Shown in pieces: positions 1 to 9,120 of a stretch of 64,000 bases of DNA. The translations under genes were made by a program, and so were the position numbers. Numbering within the stretch: position 1 is the first letter of the stretch; every line of letters starts with the position of its first letter. Under the pieces are notes generated by a model, which had not been told where the DNA came from, did not search any database, and saw only the letters and a list, made by a program, of their open reading frames with translations. The stretch lies in the sequence record OP599913.1; one strand, written 5' to 3'.

Positions 1-97
1 GTCGGGCTAAAGCCCACTCTCACTAATTCCGAACACCCGCTCCTATTCTTTACCTCGGAATGACAACTCAATCGTTAATGACCTATAAGGAACCTGA

Positions 98-358
98 ATG
101 ACTACCATCAAAGTCCAACAAAAACTGGGTCTGGCTGCTTTTGCTATCCTGTCGGACCAACTGAAAGCAGAAGGTATTCACGTGATTAACCCGGTAGAGG
201 GCGAGGTGGTTACCGCTGACGATGTGGTTGGTAAAGTCCTGGCTGCCTTCAACCTGGGCAACAAGATTGAAGTGAACGCGGACGTCCCCGCTAGCAATAA
301 AGGGGTGAATTACCGGTTCGAACGGATTGGGGGAGCGTACTACCTGGTCCGGAAGTAG
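98..358 (+). CDS. hypothetical protein (86 aa)
   Basis: ATG with upstream AAGGA, codon bias typical of highly expressed genes, followed by a hairpin terminator. Confidence 0.75.
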   Translation: MTTIKVQQKLGLAAFAILSDQLKAEGIHVINPVEGEVVTADDVVGKVLAAFNLGNKIEVNADVPASNKGVNYRFERIGGAYYLVRK

Positions 359-367
359 CTAACGACT

Positions 368-412
368 CGCCCTCCTGCCTTATTGGCAGGGGGGTGTATG
401 TCCTTTATTTGT
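368..412 (+). terminator. intrinsic terminator
   Basis: CCCTCCTGCC-ttatt-GGCAGGGGGG stem followed by a T-rich tract just after the stop at 358. Confidence 0.6.
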
Positions 413-424
413 TATGAGGTGGTT

Positions 425-1087
425 ATGTCAAGACAATCGTTGTTGGAATATGGAAGAGGGTGGTTATGCGACCAGGGTGGTGAGGGTAAAGAGGAATGGA
501 CCGGGGGTGACGCGGTGTTCTACTCCATGAGTGTCAGTCCTTTAGCCTATCCCCCCACCACCTTTTGGACGGGTCGTTTCAATATCCACATGGAGAACAT
601 CACTGTTCGGTTACATTCGCACGATAATGATCCTGAATTGGTGTTGTTCTTCAATAAGCTCAATCTACTGGAGCAGGGCGTACGGGAGTATTGCAAGGCG
701 TTCAGAAAGGTCCTCAATAACCCGAAGAAACCCCTAAAGGAACCCGTCTATAAGCGACAGTGGCTCAACCCTGAGAACATTGAAGCGCCCTTCACGGGGC
801 ATTATTTCTATTTCATCGACCAGGATAAGGCAGGTAGATTCTGCGTTGGGGATTGTCACCGGACCATCGTGATGTGGATGAACATTCACCACAATGATGG
901 GATGGTCTTTAACAAAGCGTTGTTAGAAGTTCAACTCAGCGCTCTCCAATGCCTGGTGACCTATTTGAAGGAGGCTCAGGTTAAGATCAAGAGTCTTCGT
1001 AAGCAATACAAGGTCTTAGGTTGGGATAAACCCCAGGAGCTCCAGAGTGACTCACCCCCTGAGGACGTTCTTCCAGATCCCCAGTAG
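425..1087 (+). CDS. hypothetical protein (~220 aa)
   Basis: ORF track 383..1087; start moved to ATG 425, which has GAGGTGG upstream. Confidence 0.75.
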   Translation: MSRQSLLEYGRGWLCDQGGEGKEEWTGGDAVFYSMSVSPLAYPPTTFWTGRFNIHMENITVRLHSHDNDPELVLFFNKLNLLEQGVREYCKAFRKVLNNPKKPLKEPVYKRQWLNPENIEAPFTGHYFYFIDQDKAGRFCVGDCHRTIVMWMNIHHNDGMVFNKALLEVQLSALQCLVTYLKEAQVKIKSLRKQYKVLGWDKPQELQSDSPPEDVLPDPQ

Positions 1088-1093
1088 AAATTA

Positions 1094-1117
1094 ATAAACC
1101 TATATTACTCAGGTGTA
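1094..1117 (+). promoter_or_regulatory. phiKZ-type early promoter (TATATTAC)
   Basis: TATATTAC at 1101-1108 in the intergenic gap before the chaperonin; TATATTAC is the described phiKZ-family early promoter core. Confidence 0.7.
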
Positions 1118-1151
1118 ATGCAATTAGGTATGGTTTAACAGGAGTACGAAG

Positions 1152-2828
1152 ATGTCTCAAACGCTGCTGGTACATGGTGAAGATGCCCAAGGAATCATTA
1201 AACAGGTCTTGAGTGAGGTGTATGATGCCGTCACTTCGACCATGGGTCCGAATGGTCAATTGGTGATGATCAAGAATGGGGTCTCCACCAAGACCACCAA
1301 GGATGGGGTGACGGTAGCCCGTTCCATTCGCTTTGCAGATGAAACCCATGAATTGGTGAACCGGGTAATTACCGAGCCGGCTACGAAGACCGATGAGGAA
1401 TGCGGGGATGGCACTACCACCACCATCATGCTGACCCACGCGCTCTATCACCTGTTCAAGGACTTCCCAGGTTTCCAACACCACCGGAACATTGAAGACC
1501 TGGTAGAGCGGGTTATCCAACGTTTGGAATCCATGGCGATTCGGGTGGAAGTGGATGACCCTCGGTTGTATCAAGTGGCATTGACCTCGTCTAACCAGGA
1601 TGAAAAGCTCGCCCGACTGGTCAGCGACCTCTATGCGAAGAATAAAGGGAGTTATCCGGATATTGAACTCAAGGAAGGGGTCAACTTCGAAGACCAGATC
1701 GAACAAACCACAGGGCGCACTATCCGTATGTTCTACGCGAATCCCTGGTTTGCGAAAGGCCATCAAGGGGGTGTGACAGAATTAACAGGGTTTACGGCGT
1801 TCGTTATCGATCGTCGGATTGACAAGGAAGACACCCAGAAGTTGATTGATGGGGTGAATCACCTTGTGAAAACTCACAAACAACACCTGGTCCTTCCCAT
1901 CCTGCTGATTGCACGAAGTTTCGAAGAAGCTGCTAACTCGACCCTGATGCAATTGAATGCGGCGCACCCAACCCTGGTAGAAGATGGGCGCCCTTGGTTG
2001 ATTCCGTTGAGTACGCCGGTAGGTGGTGCAATTGGGACTTCCGAACTGCAAGACATCGCGGTCATGCTGAACGCCCCTATGCTCAGTGACGTAGCGGACC
2101 TGACCAAGTTGGATACCCATTCGATCAATGGCCAACACGGCCAACTGGAACTGGGGGGGAATCGGTCTATCCTGAAGAGTACCACACCTAAGGATGAAGA
2201 CCGGATCGAACAACATGCTCGGGGTATTGAGGAACTGTTGGAGGGGTTTAGCCTCAGCGATAAGTTCTCTGTACGCGCTCGGTACAACGAACGGCGTATC
2301 CGGACCCTACGGGGTAAGTTGATTGCCATTTCCGTAGGTGGTGAAACCTATTCTGAAGTCAAGGAACGGGTAGATCGGTACGAGGATGTGGTGAAAGCCA
2401 TTCGTTCCGCCTTGGAGAACGGTATCCTTCCTGGCGGTGGTGTATCCCTGGTTAAGGCGGTCTTCGGTACGATCAAGGAAGGCCTCGAAGATAAAGACCA
2501 GAGCGCTGAGTTTGCTAAGCGGTATATCAACTCAGGCATTGCCAATGAGTTGATGCGACTGTCCACTATTCAGCATAAGCTGTTGTTCAAGGACACGTCA
2601 CTGTATAAGGAAAATGGGAGTTTCCATTTTAATGATGATTGGCTCAATACACCGACCGTCATGAATCTGGCAACTGGTGAGATTGGTACCCCGGAGGGAT
2701 TGGGTATTTATGACACCGCGTATGCCTCTATCACTGCGCTGAAAGGCGGACTCCAAACCGCTAAGATCTTGGCCACTACGAAGACACTGATCCTAGGGGA
2801 GAAGTTGTCGGCGGTTAAGGTGCGGTAA
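1152..2828 (+). CDS. groEL: phage GroEL-like chaperonin (EL gp146-like)
   Basis: 558 aa; STMGPNG, TKDGVTVA, GDGTTT, KERVDRYEDVVKAIRSALENGILPGGG and GIYD motifs of group I chaperonins; matches my recollection of EL gp146. Confidence 0.97.
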   Translation: MSQTLLVHGEDAQGIIKQVLSEVYDAVTSTMGPNGQLVMIKNGVSTKTTKDGVTVARSIRFADETHELVNRVITEPATKTDEECGDGTTTTIMLTHALYHLFKDFPGFQHHRNIEDLVERVIQRLESMAIRVEVDDPRLYQVALTSSNQDEKLARLVSDLYAKNKGSYPDIELKEGVNFEDQIEQTTGRTIRMFYANPWFAKGHQGGVTELTGFTAFVIDRRIDKEDTQKLIDGVNHLVKTHKQHLVLPILLIARSFEEAANSTLMQLNAAHPTLVEDGRPWLIPLSTPVGGAIGTSELQDIAVMLNAPMLSDVADLTKLDTHSINGQHGQLELGGNRSILKSTTPKDEDRIEQHARGIEELLEGFSLSDKFSVRARYNERRIRTLRGKLIAISVGGETYSEVKERVDRYEDVVKAIRSALENGILPGGGVSLVKAVFGTIKEGLEDKDQSAEFAKRYINSGIANELMRLSTIQHKLLFKDTSLYKENGSFHFNDDWLNTPTVMNLATGEIGTPEGLGIYDTAYASITALKGGLQTAKILATTKTLILGEKLSAVKVR

Positions 2829-2837
2829 GGGGTTTGT

Positions 2838-2876
2838 AAAGGAGTAGGGGGAAGATCCCTACTCCTTTATTTTTTT
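2838..2876 (+). terminator. intrinsic terminator
   Basis: AAAGGAGTAGGG/CCCTACTCCTTT 12-bp stem plus ATTTTTTT. Confidence 0.85.
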
Positions 2877-2986
2877 AAGGAAATCGATGGATGACGAAGC
2901 ATTTGAAGGAGGTAACATCCTATGCAGTGAGTCTTGTAACTTCTTTTGACTTACTCCCATCGGACCACCTTTAAGAGGATAAAGCA

Positions 2987-3616
2987 ATGGCTTCAAACCT
3001 TCCAATCCAAACGATCTTCCTCGACAAATTCGTCGAGTTCAACAAAGACCGCTACAAAGACGACGCAGAAATGCTCGCCCTCTTTGAGGGTCTGACCCTC
3101 GCGGACATCACGATCTCCGACATCACCGCTGACGGCACCAACCCCGAGCTGCAAAGCGCCACGGTCACCTCTGTGAGCCGCAACTTCAAGGGGGTCGAAC
3201 AGAAATGGCTGCCGGCCAACATCAACACTCCGTTCGCCTTCGTGGTGGTGAACAAAGGTGCTCCTCTGACCGGCGAAGACCAACTGGCCGAGCAGACCAC
3301 CCCGGGTGCCTACGTTTACCTGGTCGGTGAAGGCGAAGAAGCGGTTCAACGCGTGGGCCTGGTGCTGGCTTCCACCACCACCACTGAAACCCAAGCCGCC
3401 GACGCCCTGGCGCTGTTCAAGGCCAACTTCGAATACGTCCTGGACGACGCCGATGTCGATACTGCCACCGCCAAGGTGCTCAAGGTAACCACCAACCCGT
3501 TCACCCGCGGCGAGCTCGTGTACGAAATTGGTAAGGCTCCGATCATCGAGATTCCGGAAACCGACTACGGTCGTCTGGAATTCAAAGAAATCGTTCAACC
3601 CGAACCCCAGCCGTAA
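2987..3616 (+). CDS. putative virion structural protein, paralog of 15304-15897
   Basis: 209 aa, GAGGA RBS, strong high-expression codon bias; N-terminus aligns by eye with 15304..15897. Confidence 0.75.
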   Translation: MASNLPIQTIFLDKFVEFNKDRYKDDAEMLALFEGLTLADITISDITADGTNPELQSATVTSVSRNFKGVEQKWLPANINTPFAFVVVNKGAPLTGEDQLAEQTTPGAYVYLVGEGEEAVQRVGLVLASTTTTETQAADALALFKANFEYVLDDADVDTATAKVLKVTTNPFTRGELVYEIGKAPIIEIPETDYGRLEFKEIVQPEPQP

Positions 3617-3623
3617 GCTAGAT

Positions 3624-3655
3624 AACTACCCAGTGGGCTAGCCCACTGGGTAGTT
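3624..3655 (+). terminator. hairpin terminator
   Basis: 15-bp inverted repeat AACTACCCAGTGGGC/GCCCACTGGGTAGTT. Confidence 0.7.
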
Positions 3656-3691
3656 TACCTCTCCTTCGTACCTCATTTCAATTCCAGTGAA

Positions 3692-3717
3692 TTTCAAATC
3701 TACATCATCAGTGTGAG
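3692..3717 (+). promoter_or_regulatory. putative phage promoter (variant CTACATCA)
   Basis: TTTCAAATCTACATCATCAGTGTGAG aligns with the other intergenic copies of the motif. Confidence 0.45.
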
Positions 3718-3772
3718 CCAGGGGCAATAAAAGTTCACGGATGAATGAATTCTCTTGCAACTGGTGCTTTAA

Positions 3773-4354
3773 ATGTCATTAGGAATATTCACCATGAGTA
3801 TGAGTACTGCTAAAAGGGGTAACTTTTCTACGTCCCCCGGCAAGGAAGACGATGATCTTCCTCTGCACGAGATCCGGGATGCTTTTAATCCCGTGTTTGT
3901 GAAAACGTTTGACAAACTGGGCCTCGACCCACAATTGATCAAAGAGTTTATTTACGCGCTTGATCTGCTCGACAACATCGTTAAGACCCCCAACTTCGTA
4001 TCGGGCAGAATTCTGAATAACCGAGATATCGAAGCGTACGGCGAAGAAGCGGTCTTCGCGTTCAACCGGAATAACAACATCCCGTATTACTACGTACGGT
4101 TGGGTATTACCGTGTCGGAAACGGTGTACAAATTGCAGGATGAGTTTCTGGAACGCGATTATCCCAAAACGATCCTGAGCATTCTCCGTCCCATGCGTAC
4201 GCCCGGTATTGACGTGACCGTAGACGGCCATCCTTACAACGTAGGGATTACCTTCAAAACGCCTCATCCTTTGTTCGGTTTGGTGAATTACCAAGATCTC
4301 CGGACTGGGATGAACACTTCAGTCCCCTTCCTACTCACTCGGGTGGGACTTTGA
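3773..4354 (+). CDS. hypothetical protein
   Basis: 193-aa ORF between promoter-like motif and hairpin; start may be the ATG at 3794. Confidence 0.75.
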   Translation: MSLGIFTMSMSTAKRGNFSTSPGKEDDDLPLHEIRDAFNPVFVKTFDKLGLDPQLIKEFIYALDLLDNIVKTPNFVSGRILNNRDIEAYGEEAVFAFNRNNNIPYYYVRLGITVSETVYKLQDEFLERDYPKTILSILRPMRTPGIDVTVDGHPYNVGITFKTPHPLFGLVNYQDLRTGMNTSVPFLLTRVGL

Positions 4355-4454
4355 TCCTCTACCTGCTCCACTGGGCTTAACGCTCCGGTGGAGCGGGGTA
4401 GGGGTTATTACCGCTTTAAATTTTTCAATACACCAACCCAAAAAGGTAATAACC

Positions 4455-5339
4455 ATGCCGAAGAATGAGAACAATCCTGATAAACAAGGTCTTACGTCTA
4501 TCTCTGATGAAGACTTGGATAAGGCACTCAACGAACTGGACAACGCAGGGGAAGACGTAACTCCGGTGTCCAAAGAGACCGCTACGCAGCATCCGGGTAC
4601 GTCGGACATCCTCAACCGCTATTCACATCCCGCCCTCCAGCCGAAGAAGGGAACCCCTGAATACATCGAGTGGAAAGCCGCTCTCAAACAAGAGGAGGAC
4701 CGATTAGTGGAATCGTTGAAGACTTCGGTGACCCGGGAACATGAAGAGAATGTCCTGAAAGGGAATACCCTGGGTACTAAACCGAAGACCAAGCAGGTAG
4801 AAGGCCTGTTGGAGATGGTGGTTCGTAAGAAGGCTGAACTCACCCAAGAAGACACCGTAGACGCCGCAGAACGCGCATTGGCAGCACTGAAGCGAGTACG
4901 GGAATATAACCGTAAGAAACGTATTCGACTGTGGTCCATCGTTGCCGTGCTCTTAGCGGTTGTGGGAAGTGGTCTCTATGGGGGGTGGGTGTTCATCCAG
5001 AAACAAATGCTCACCGGTCATTACACCGTAGTAGCGGAGTGCAAAGTCCCTTACGGGGATTTTGAAATTACCGGTAAGCGGTACTACCGCTACGCGTATC
5101 AATCGATTCTGGGTTACCACCTCGTGGATGAGAGTACGGTCGAAGAAGTCACCGAAGTCAAACTCCCTGGGGATAAAATCATTATCCTTGGATTCGATAC
5201 GAGTAAAGGGAAGTGGTGGCGGATGAACTACGATCGGGGAGAATTCGGTACCGTTAAACTCAAGCCTACGGATAAGTACTGGTTCGTCGGTGAGAAAGAC
5301 CGTACCACCCTGGTACCTTATCACTCGTTCTGCCATTAA
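4455..5339 (+). CDS. single-pass membrane protein
   Basis: 294 aa; basic RKKRIR followed by hydrophobic LWSIVAVLLAVVGSGLYGGWVFI. Confidence 0.8.
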   Translation: MPKNENNPDKQGLTSISDEDLDKALNELDNAGEDVTPVSKETATQHPGTSDILNRYSHPALQPKKGTPEYIEWKAALKQEEDRLVESLKTSVTREHEENVLKGNTLGTKPKTKQVEGLLEMVVRKKAELTQEDTVDAAERALAALKRVREYNRKKRIRLWSIVAVLLAVVGSGLYGGWVFIQKQMLTGHYTVVAECKVPYGDFEITGKRYYRYAYQSILGYHLVDESTVEEVTEVKLPGDKIIILGFDTSKGKWWRMNYDRGEFGTVKLKPTDKYWFVGEKDRTTLVPYHSFCH

Positions 5340-5368
5340 ACGGTAACCTTACCGAGGGAGTCAATCCC

Positions 5369-5947
5369 ATGCTGAATATCTCAGACCAACCTGTGGGTCT
5401 CTTGTCCAGTCGATTGTACATCGATCCCAACGATGGTTCTTTCTTTACCGGTCATTTGGAAAAGTCCCACAAGAAACGGTGCCACTTAGTACGCCACAAG
5501 CTCCAATACGCGATCCGGTATTATTCGTCCGTTAAACTGCCTGATGGGTGGTTGGTGGACATCAGTGATCGGGAGGCAAGCCGGTATTACTTCTTCCCTA
5601 CCCAGGGAAGACGGAGGAGTATTCTGGTTCCTTTACCCAGTACAGCGTACCGAGAGATCTGGTTTAATCTGTTTAAAGGGCTCTGGATGACCGGTACTCG
5701 GGAGGCTGTCTATCTGCACAGTGTCGCGTACCCCCACCTCATGGAGCTCTTGAACGAGTCCTTAGTCCCCAGAGTGATTTCTGTTGAAGGTGAATGGAAA
5801 GGGGAAGGGTATATTGCGTCTCTGGAATGGAAGTCTGAAAAACCCGGTCGGTTGATCGTAACAACGACCTTGGATAATGCTAAAGACCACAGTGTTCCGA
5901 TCCAATGGCATCCCATCGATGCAGTGGTTCGTCTCATCCGAAAGTAA
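5369..5947 (+). CDS. hypothetical protein
   Basis: 192-aa ORF, GAGGGAG RBS, operonic spacing. Confidence 0.75.
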   Translation: MLNISDQPVGLLSSRLYIDPNDGSFFTGHLEKSHKKRCHLVRHKLQYAIRYYSSVKLPDGWLVDISDREASRYYFFPTQGRRRSILVPLPSTAYREIWFNLFKGLWMTGTREAVYLHSVAYPHLMELLNESLVPRVISVEGEWKGEGYIASLEWKSEKPGRLIVTTTLDNAKDHSVPIQWHPIDAVVRLIRK

Positions 5948-5959
5948 GAGGATTACATC

Positions 5960-6823
5960 ATGAAAGAAGAAAACCAGAAGAAGACCAACAGTTTCCAAGG
6001 TGGCGATGTTCGGGTAGTGTCTTCTAAGACGCATCCCGGCAAATCGAAACTCCTCCCGGTAAACCTCATGGGACCGGATACGATCGAGAACCCTGACCAA
6101 CTGGTCCTCCACGTTCATCACCGTCTGACCGAAGGCCAGAAAGCGTTCTATCACACCCTGGAAACCTACGGGCTGTGTAAGGCCTACAGTTCGTCACCCG
6201 ATCCCCGTACGTTGGTGATCAACATCGCTACCGGTCTTCCCCACACCAAGGAAGAGAAAGACGCTCCTCGCCGCAGCATCGAGCTGGACGCCGGCATTAT
6301 CCTCTATGCGGTTATCAGCGAACGGGAGGGCGGGGCCTTCAAAATCGTTATCGTAGGTACCGCTACCCATACGTCTTATTTGGTGATCCGTGAGGACGTT
6401 GCCTTCTCGTTTATCATCGACAAGGTGTCGTTGTCGGTTCAGGATGCGGTAGTCGCCCTGTACGCCAGCAACCTCAGCAAAGGCCGGGGTCTCTTCGAGA
6501 ACACCGCTAAACACCTTCCGGACTTCTTCTACAAGCTGTTTAAGGCGGTCTTCCCGGAAATGGTTCGTCTGGAATTCACGATCACTCACATTCATGAAGA
6601 CAGTGTTCGTGTTGCACTGTACTGGGATCCTAGGGGACCTAACAAGAATCTCATTGCCTGCAATGGGTTTGTCTTCCCGTTGGACATTTCCCAGTTCCCG
6701 GATAAACAAATCTCCCGGGGGTATAACCTCCAGAAGAAAGAAACCCGGCATGTCGCCCACAAACAAAAGGGATCTGACCTGTCAGTCAACACCCAGCGTC
6801 TGTTGGAAAAGTTCTCGAAATAG
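5960..6823 (+). CDS. hypothetical protein
   Basis: 287-aa ORF, GAGGA RBS, followed by a hairpin. Confidence 0.8.
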   Translation: MKEENQKKTNSFQGGDVRVVSSKTHPGKSKLLPVNLMGPDTIENPDQLVLHVHHRLTEGQKAFYHTLETYGLCKAYSSSPDPRTLVINIATGLPHTKEEKDAPRRSIELDAGIILYAVISEREGGAFKIVIVGTATHTSYLVIREDVAFSFIIDKVSLSVQDAVVALYASNLSKGRGLFENTAKHLPDFFYKLFKAVFPEMVRLEFTITHIHEDSVRVALYWDPRGPNKNLIACNGFVFPLDISQFPDKQISRGYNLQKKETRHVAHKQKGSDLSVNTQRLLEKFSK

Positions 6824-6906
6824 TCTGTGAGTACGAGGTGGGGGGTAACACCCCTGCCTCTACCTATGCTGTAACGCTCTGTAATACCCTTTAAAGAGTT
6901 TTTAAC

Positions 6907-7407
6907 ATGAAAGGTACCCCACCCCATTATCAAATCAAAATTATCGCTAGAAGTGCCTTTACAGACGATTTAAAGGAGAGACTCAAACCACTGTATGAAA
7001 ACCTCTTTCACCACGAACTCCATCTCGTCATCGGTACTAAAACAACCCGTAAGCTGTTTAAACCCTCCGCCCGTAAAAATCCCCACCCCTCCGTTATTGA
7101 GAAACGGTACGAAGACTTCTTCAAAGTAACCGACAAGATAGTACTCGTTACTCACTTGGGAGAAGCCGTGGGATATCTGGCGGTGGTTAAGAACAAGATC
7201 ACCTCACTCTTTGTTGAAGAAGACTTCCGGAAGCTAGGCTTAGGGCGGATCATGGTGTCCAAGTTACAACGGGGTGGACATCCTGTGAACCGGTTCCTCT
7301 ACGTTCAATGCTTTACCCAGAATACAGCTGGTATCAACTTCTACCGGAAAGTTGGGTTTAAGGAAATTGACAGAGGAGAGATCTACACGGTTTTGTTAAT
7401 GGAATAA
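6907..7407 (+). CDS. GNAT-family acetyltransferase
   Basis: ITSLFVEEDFRKLGLG (acetyl-CoA motif A) and NTAGINFYRKVGF (motif B). Confidence 0.85.
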   Translation: MKGTPPHYQIKIIARSAFTDDLKERLKPLYENLFHHELHLVIGTKTTRKLFKPSARKNPHPSVIEKRYEDFFKVTDKIVLVTHLGEAVGYLAVVKNKITSLFVEEDFRKLGLGRIMVSKLQRGGHPVNRFLYVQCFTQNTAGINFYRKVGFKEIDRGEIYTVLLME

Positions 7408-7415
7408 ACACCGTA

Positions 7416-7464
7416 CTAGGAGTAGCCCATAAGGGCTACTCCTAGGGGCGTATTTTATTTTTGT
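7416..7464. terminator. bidirectional terminator between convergent genes
   Basis: CTAGGAGTAGCCC-ataa-GGGCTACTCCTAG plus T tract, between convergent stops at 7407 and 7466. Confidence 0.85.
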
Positions 7465-7465
7465 T

Positions 7466-8392
7466 TCAAAAGAAGCGGTAGATATCTCGGTAGCGTCCTG
7501 CTTGGTAGTAATCCCCTGATCCAATGGTGGAAGAATTAACACCCCCTACCAGGTAAATCCCACTGTCATCCGTGAGCATCTCAAAGGCATACCGTTTAGT
7601 TACCGTGGTCATTTGCTTGTACCAACGGTCTTTCAGTATGTCGTAAATATGGAACACGATGTAACCGTTTTCAACACCACAGAGAATCAGGAACTGTTTC
7701 CACGAAGTCCCCCCAGTCCAACTACTGGCAATAGGTGCTTCTGTTACCGTTCTCCAGGTGTTGGTAACGGGATCGTATTCCCTGACCAGTCTCGATGTAC
7801 CCGCGGGGTCGTTCCATCCCCCGAATACATAGATCTTTCCATTGAACTGTCCGATGTAATGCCCATTGAGCGCCATCGGCATATCCGCTTTACGGGTCCA
7901 GACGTTGGTGGTGGTGTCATACTGGTGGTTGAGGGCTGTGGGTTTATTGGTACTCCCCATGTAACCCCCCATGCAGAAGATCGTCTTATCATCCAGGGTA
8001 ATACACCGACCTTGTCCCCGTGCTCCATCCGGGAGGTTATTCAAGTTCGTTGAAGACCCTGTTGAAGGATTCAATTTCCACACGTGACTCACATAGTTCC
8101 CATTATTACCGGTAATACCCCAGAAGGAACTGTTGCAGTAACACCCGCCACTCCAGGCCCATACGGAGATATTCCCGGTAGTGGCCCACGTACGGGTGGT
8201 AAAGTCATAACGGGTATACGTCTGTTGTTGACCCCCACCGGCAAACTGACCTCCGAAGATATGAATCTTCCCTCCACCGATACCCGCACTGAAGTTAGCA
8301 ATACCGTTGAAAGGAACTTGAGTCACCCATTCCATTCGTCCCAGAATGTAGGGGTTATCATCAGAAAGGGTAAATAGTTGACTCTCTAACAT
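7466..8392 (-). CDS. Kelch-repeat beta-propeller protein
   Basis: Repeated GG..Y..W blades: KIHIFGG..YD..TRTW, IFCMGG..YDTTTNVW, KIYVFGG..YDPVTNTW, IYLVGG. Confidence 0.88.
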   Translation of the reverse strand: MLESQLFTLSDDNPYILGRMEWVTQVPFNGIANFSAGIGGGKIHIFGGQFAGGGQQQTYTRYDFTTRTWATTGNISVWAWSGGCYCNSSFWGITGNNGNYVSHVWKLNPSTGSSTNLNNLPDGARGQGRCITLDDKTIFCMGGYMGSTNKPTALNHQYDTTTNVWTRKADMPMALNGHYIGQFNGKIYVFGGWNDPAGTSRLVREYDPVTNTWRTVTEAPIASSWTGGTSWKQFLILCGVENGYIVFHIYDILKDRWYKQMTTVTKRYAFEMLTDDSGIYLVGGVNSSTIGSGDYYQAGRYRDIYRFF

Positions 8393-8437
8393 GAAGCCGC
8401 TCCTAAAGAGAGGGAGTTAATCCCTCTCTTACTGATT

Positions 8438-9112
8438 TCAGTTCAACACAAACAAAGGACCCGGAACGGGAGGGAGTTCCTCTGCGGTGGTGGCTTCTTC
8501 GGCTCTATCCATAAGGGACCATATCGTTTCCAGTCCCTCTTGGATACGGGACGTCACTTCGTTGGACAAGTCAATGGTTTCTTGAGCGGTCAGGGAAAGT
8601 GTTACACCTTCCTTGGTACGAATAGAAGCGGAGAAGGGTTTCTCCTCGCGCAATGCTTCTTTCGCCTGGATACTCAAGGCCGTCAAATGGATTCGGTGGG
8701 TGGATTCGATCAAGAGGGTGTGAACCGTCTCCCCGAATCGCACTTCCATGCCCGTGTAGAAAGCCGCCGCAATCACATTCTGGATTTCATTCTTACGAAT
8801 GTCCTTAGCGGATCGGAGTCGTTCTGCGACTTCCTCAGGGGTAAAGTCCCGAGTGGTCCACTGTTGGGTCCAGTACCCATCAATCTGTTTAGGGGGAAGT
8901 TCAACCGGTACATCCCCGGCGGGTGGCTGGGTCAATTGAACGACAGCCATCAGGAAGGGTTCTCCTTCCAAGGCACTGGCTTGTAGCTTACTGGGAATGG
9001 GCCAGTCAGGGAACTTCTTCCGAACATCCTCAATGTAAAGAGGATATTCCCCCGTACGCGTGTCAATCAAGGCGGTGCTTTCATACACCACAGTTACCCT
9101 ATCCATACTCAT
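8438..9112 (-). CDS. tail fibre assembly chaperone (DUF4376-like C-terminus)
   Basis: Pro-rich N-terminus (PP..DGYWTQQW) and helical C-terminus (AKDIRKNEI..EGVTLSLTAQETIDL) typical of Tfa-like chaperones; lies in the fibre cluster; start set at ATG 9112 after GAGGAGA. Confidence 0.65.
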   Translation of the reverse strand: MSMDRVTVVYESTALIDTRTGEYPLYIEDVRKKFPDWPIPSKLQASALEGEPFLMAVVQLTQPPAGDVPVELPPKQIDGYWTQQWTTRDFTPEEVAERLRSAKDIRKNEIQNVIAAAFYTGMEVRFGETVHTLLIESTHRIHLTALSIQAKEALREEKPFSASIRTKEGVTLSLTAQETIDLSNEVTSRIQEGLETIWSLMDRAEEATTAEELPPVPGPLFVLN

Positions 9113-9120
9113 TCTCCTCA

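Noticed and set aside
98-358. 86-aa ORF near the chaperonin as a GroES
   Set aside because: No GroES motifs (PL.DRV, mobile-loop GGI); separated from groEL by a terminator and another gene
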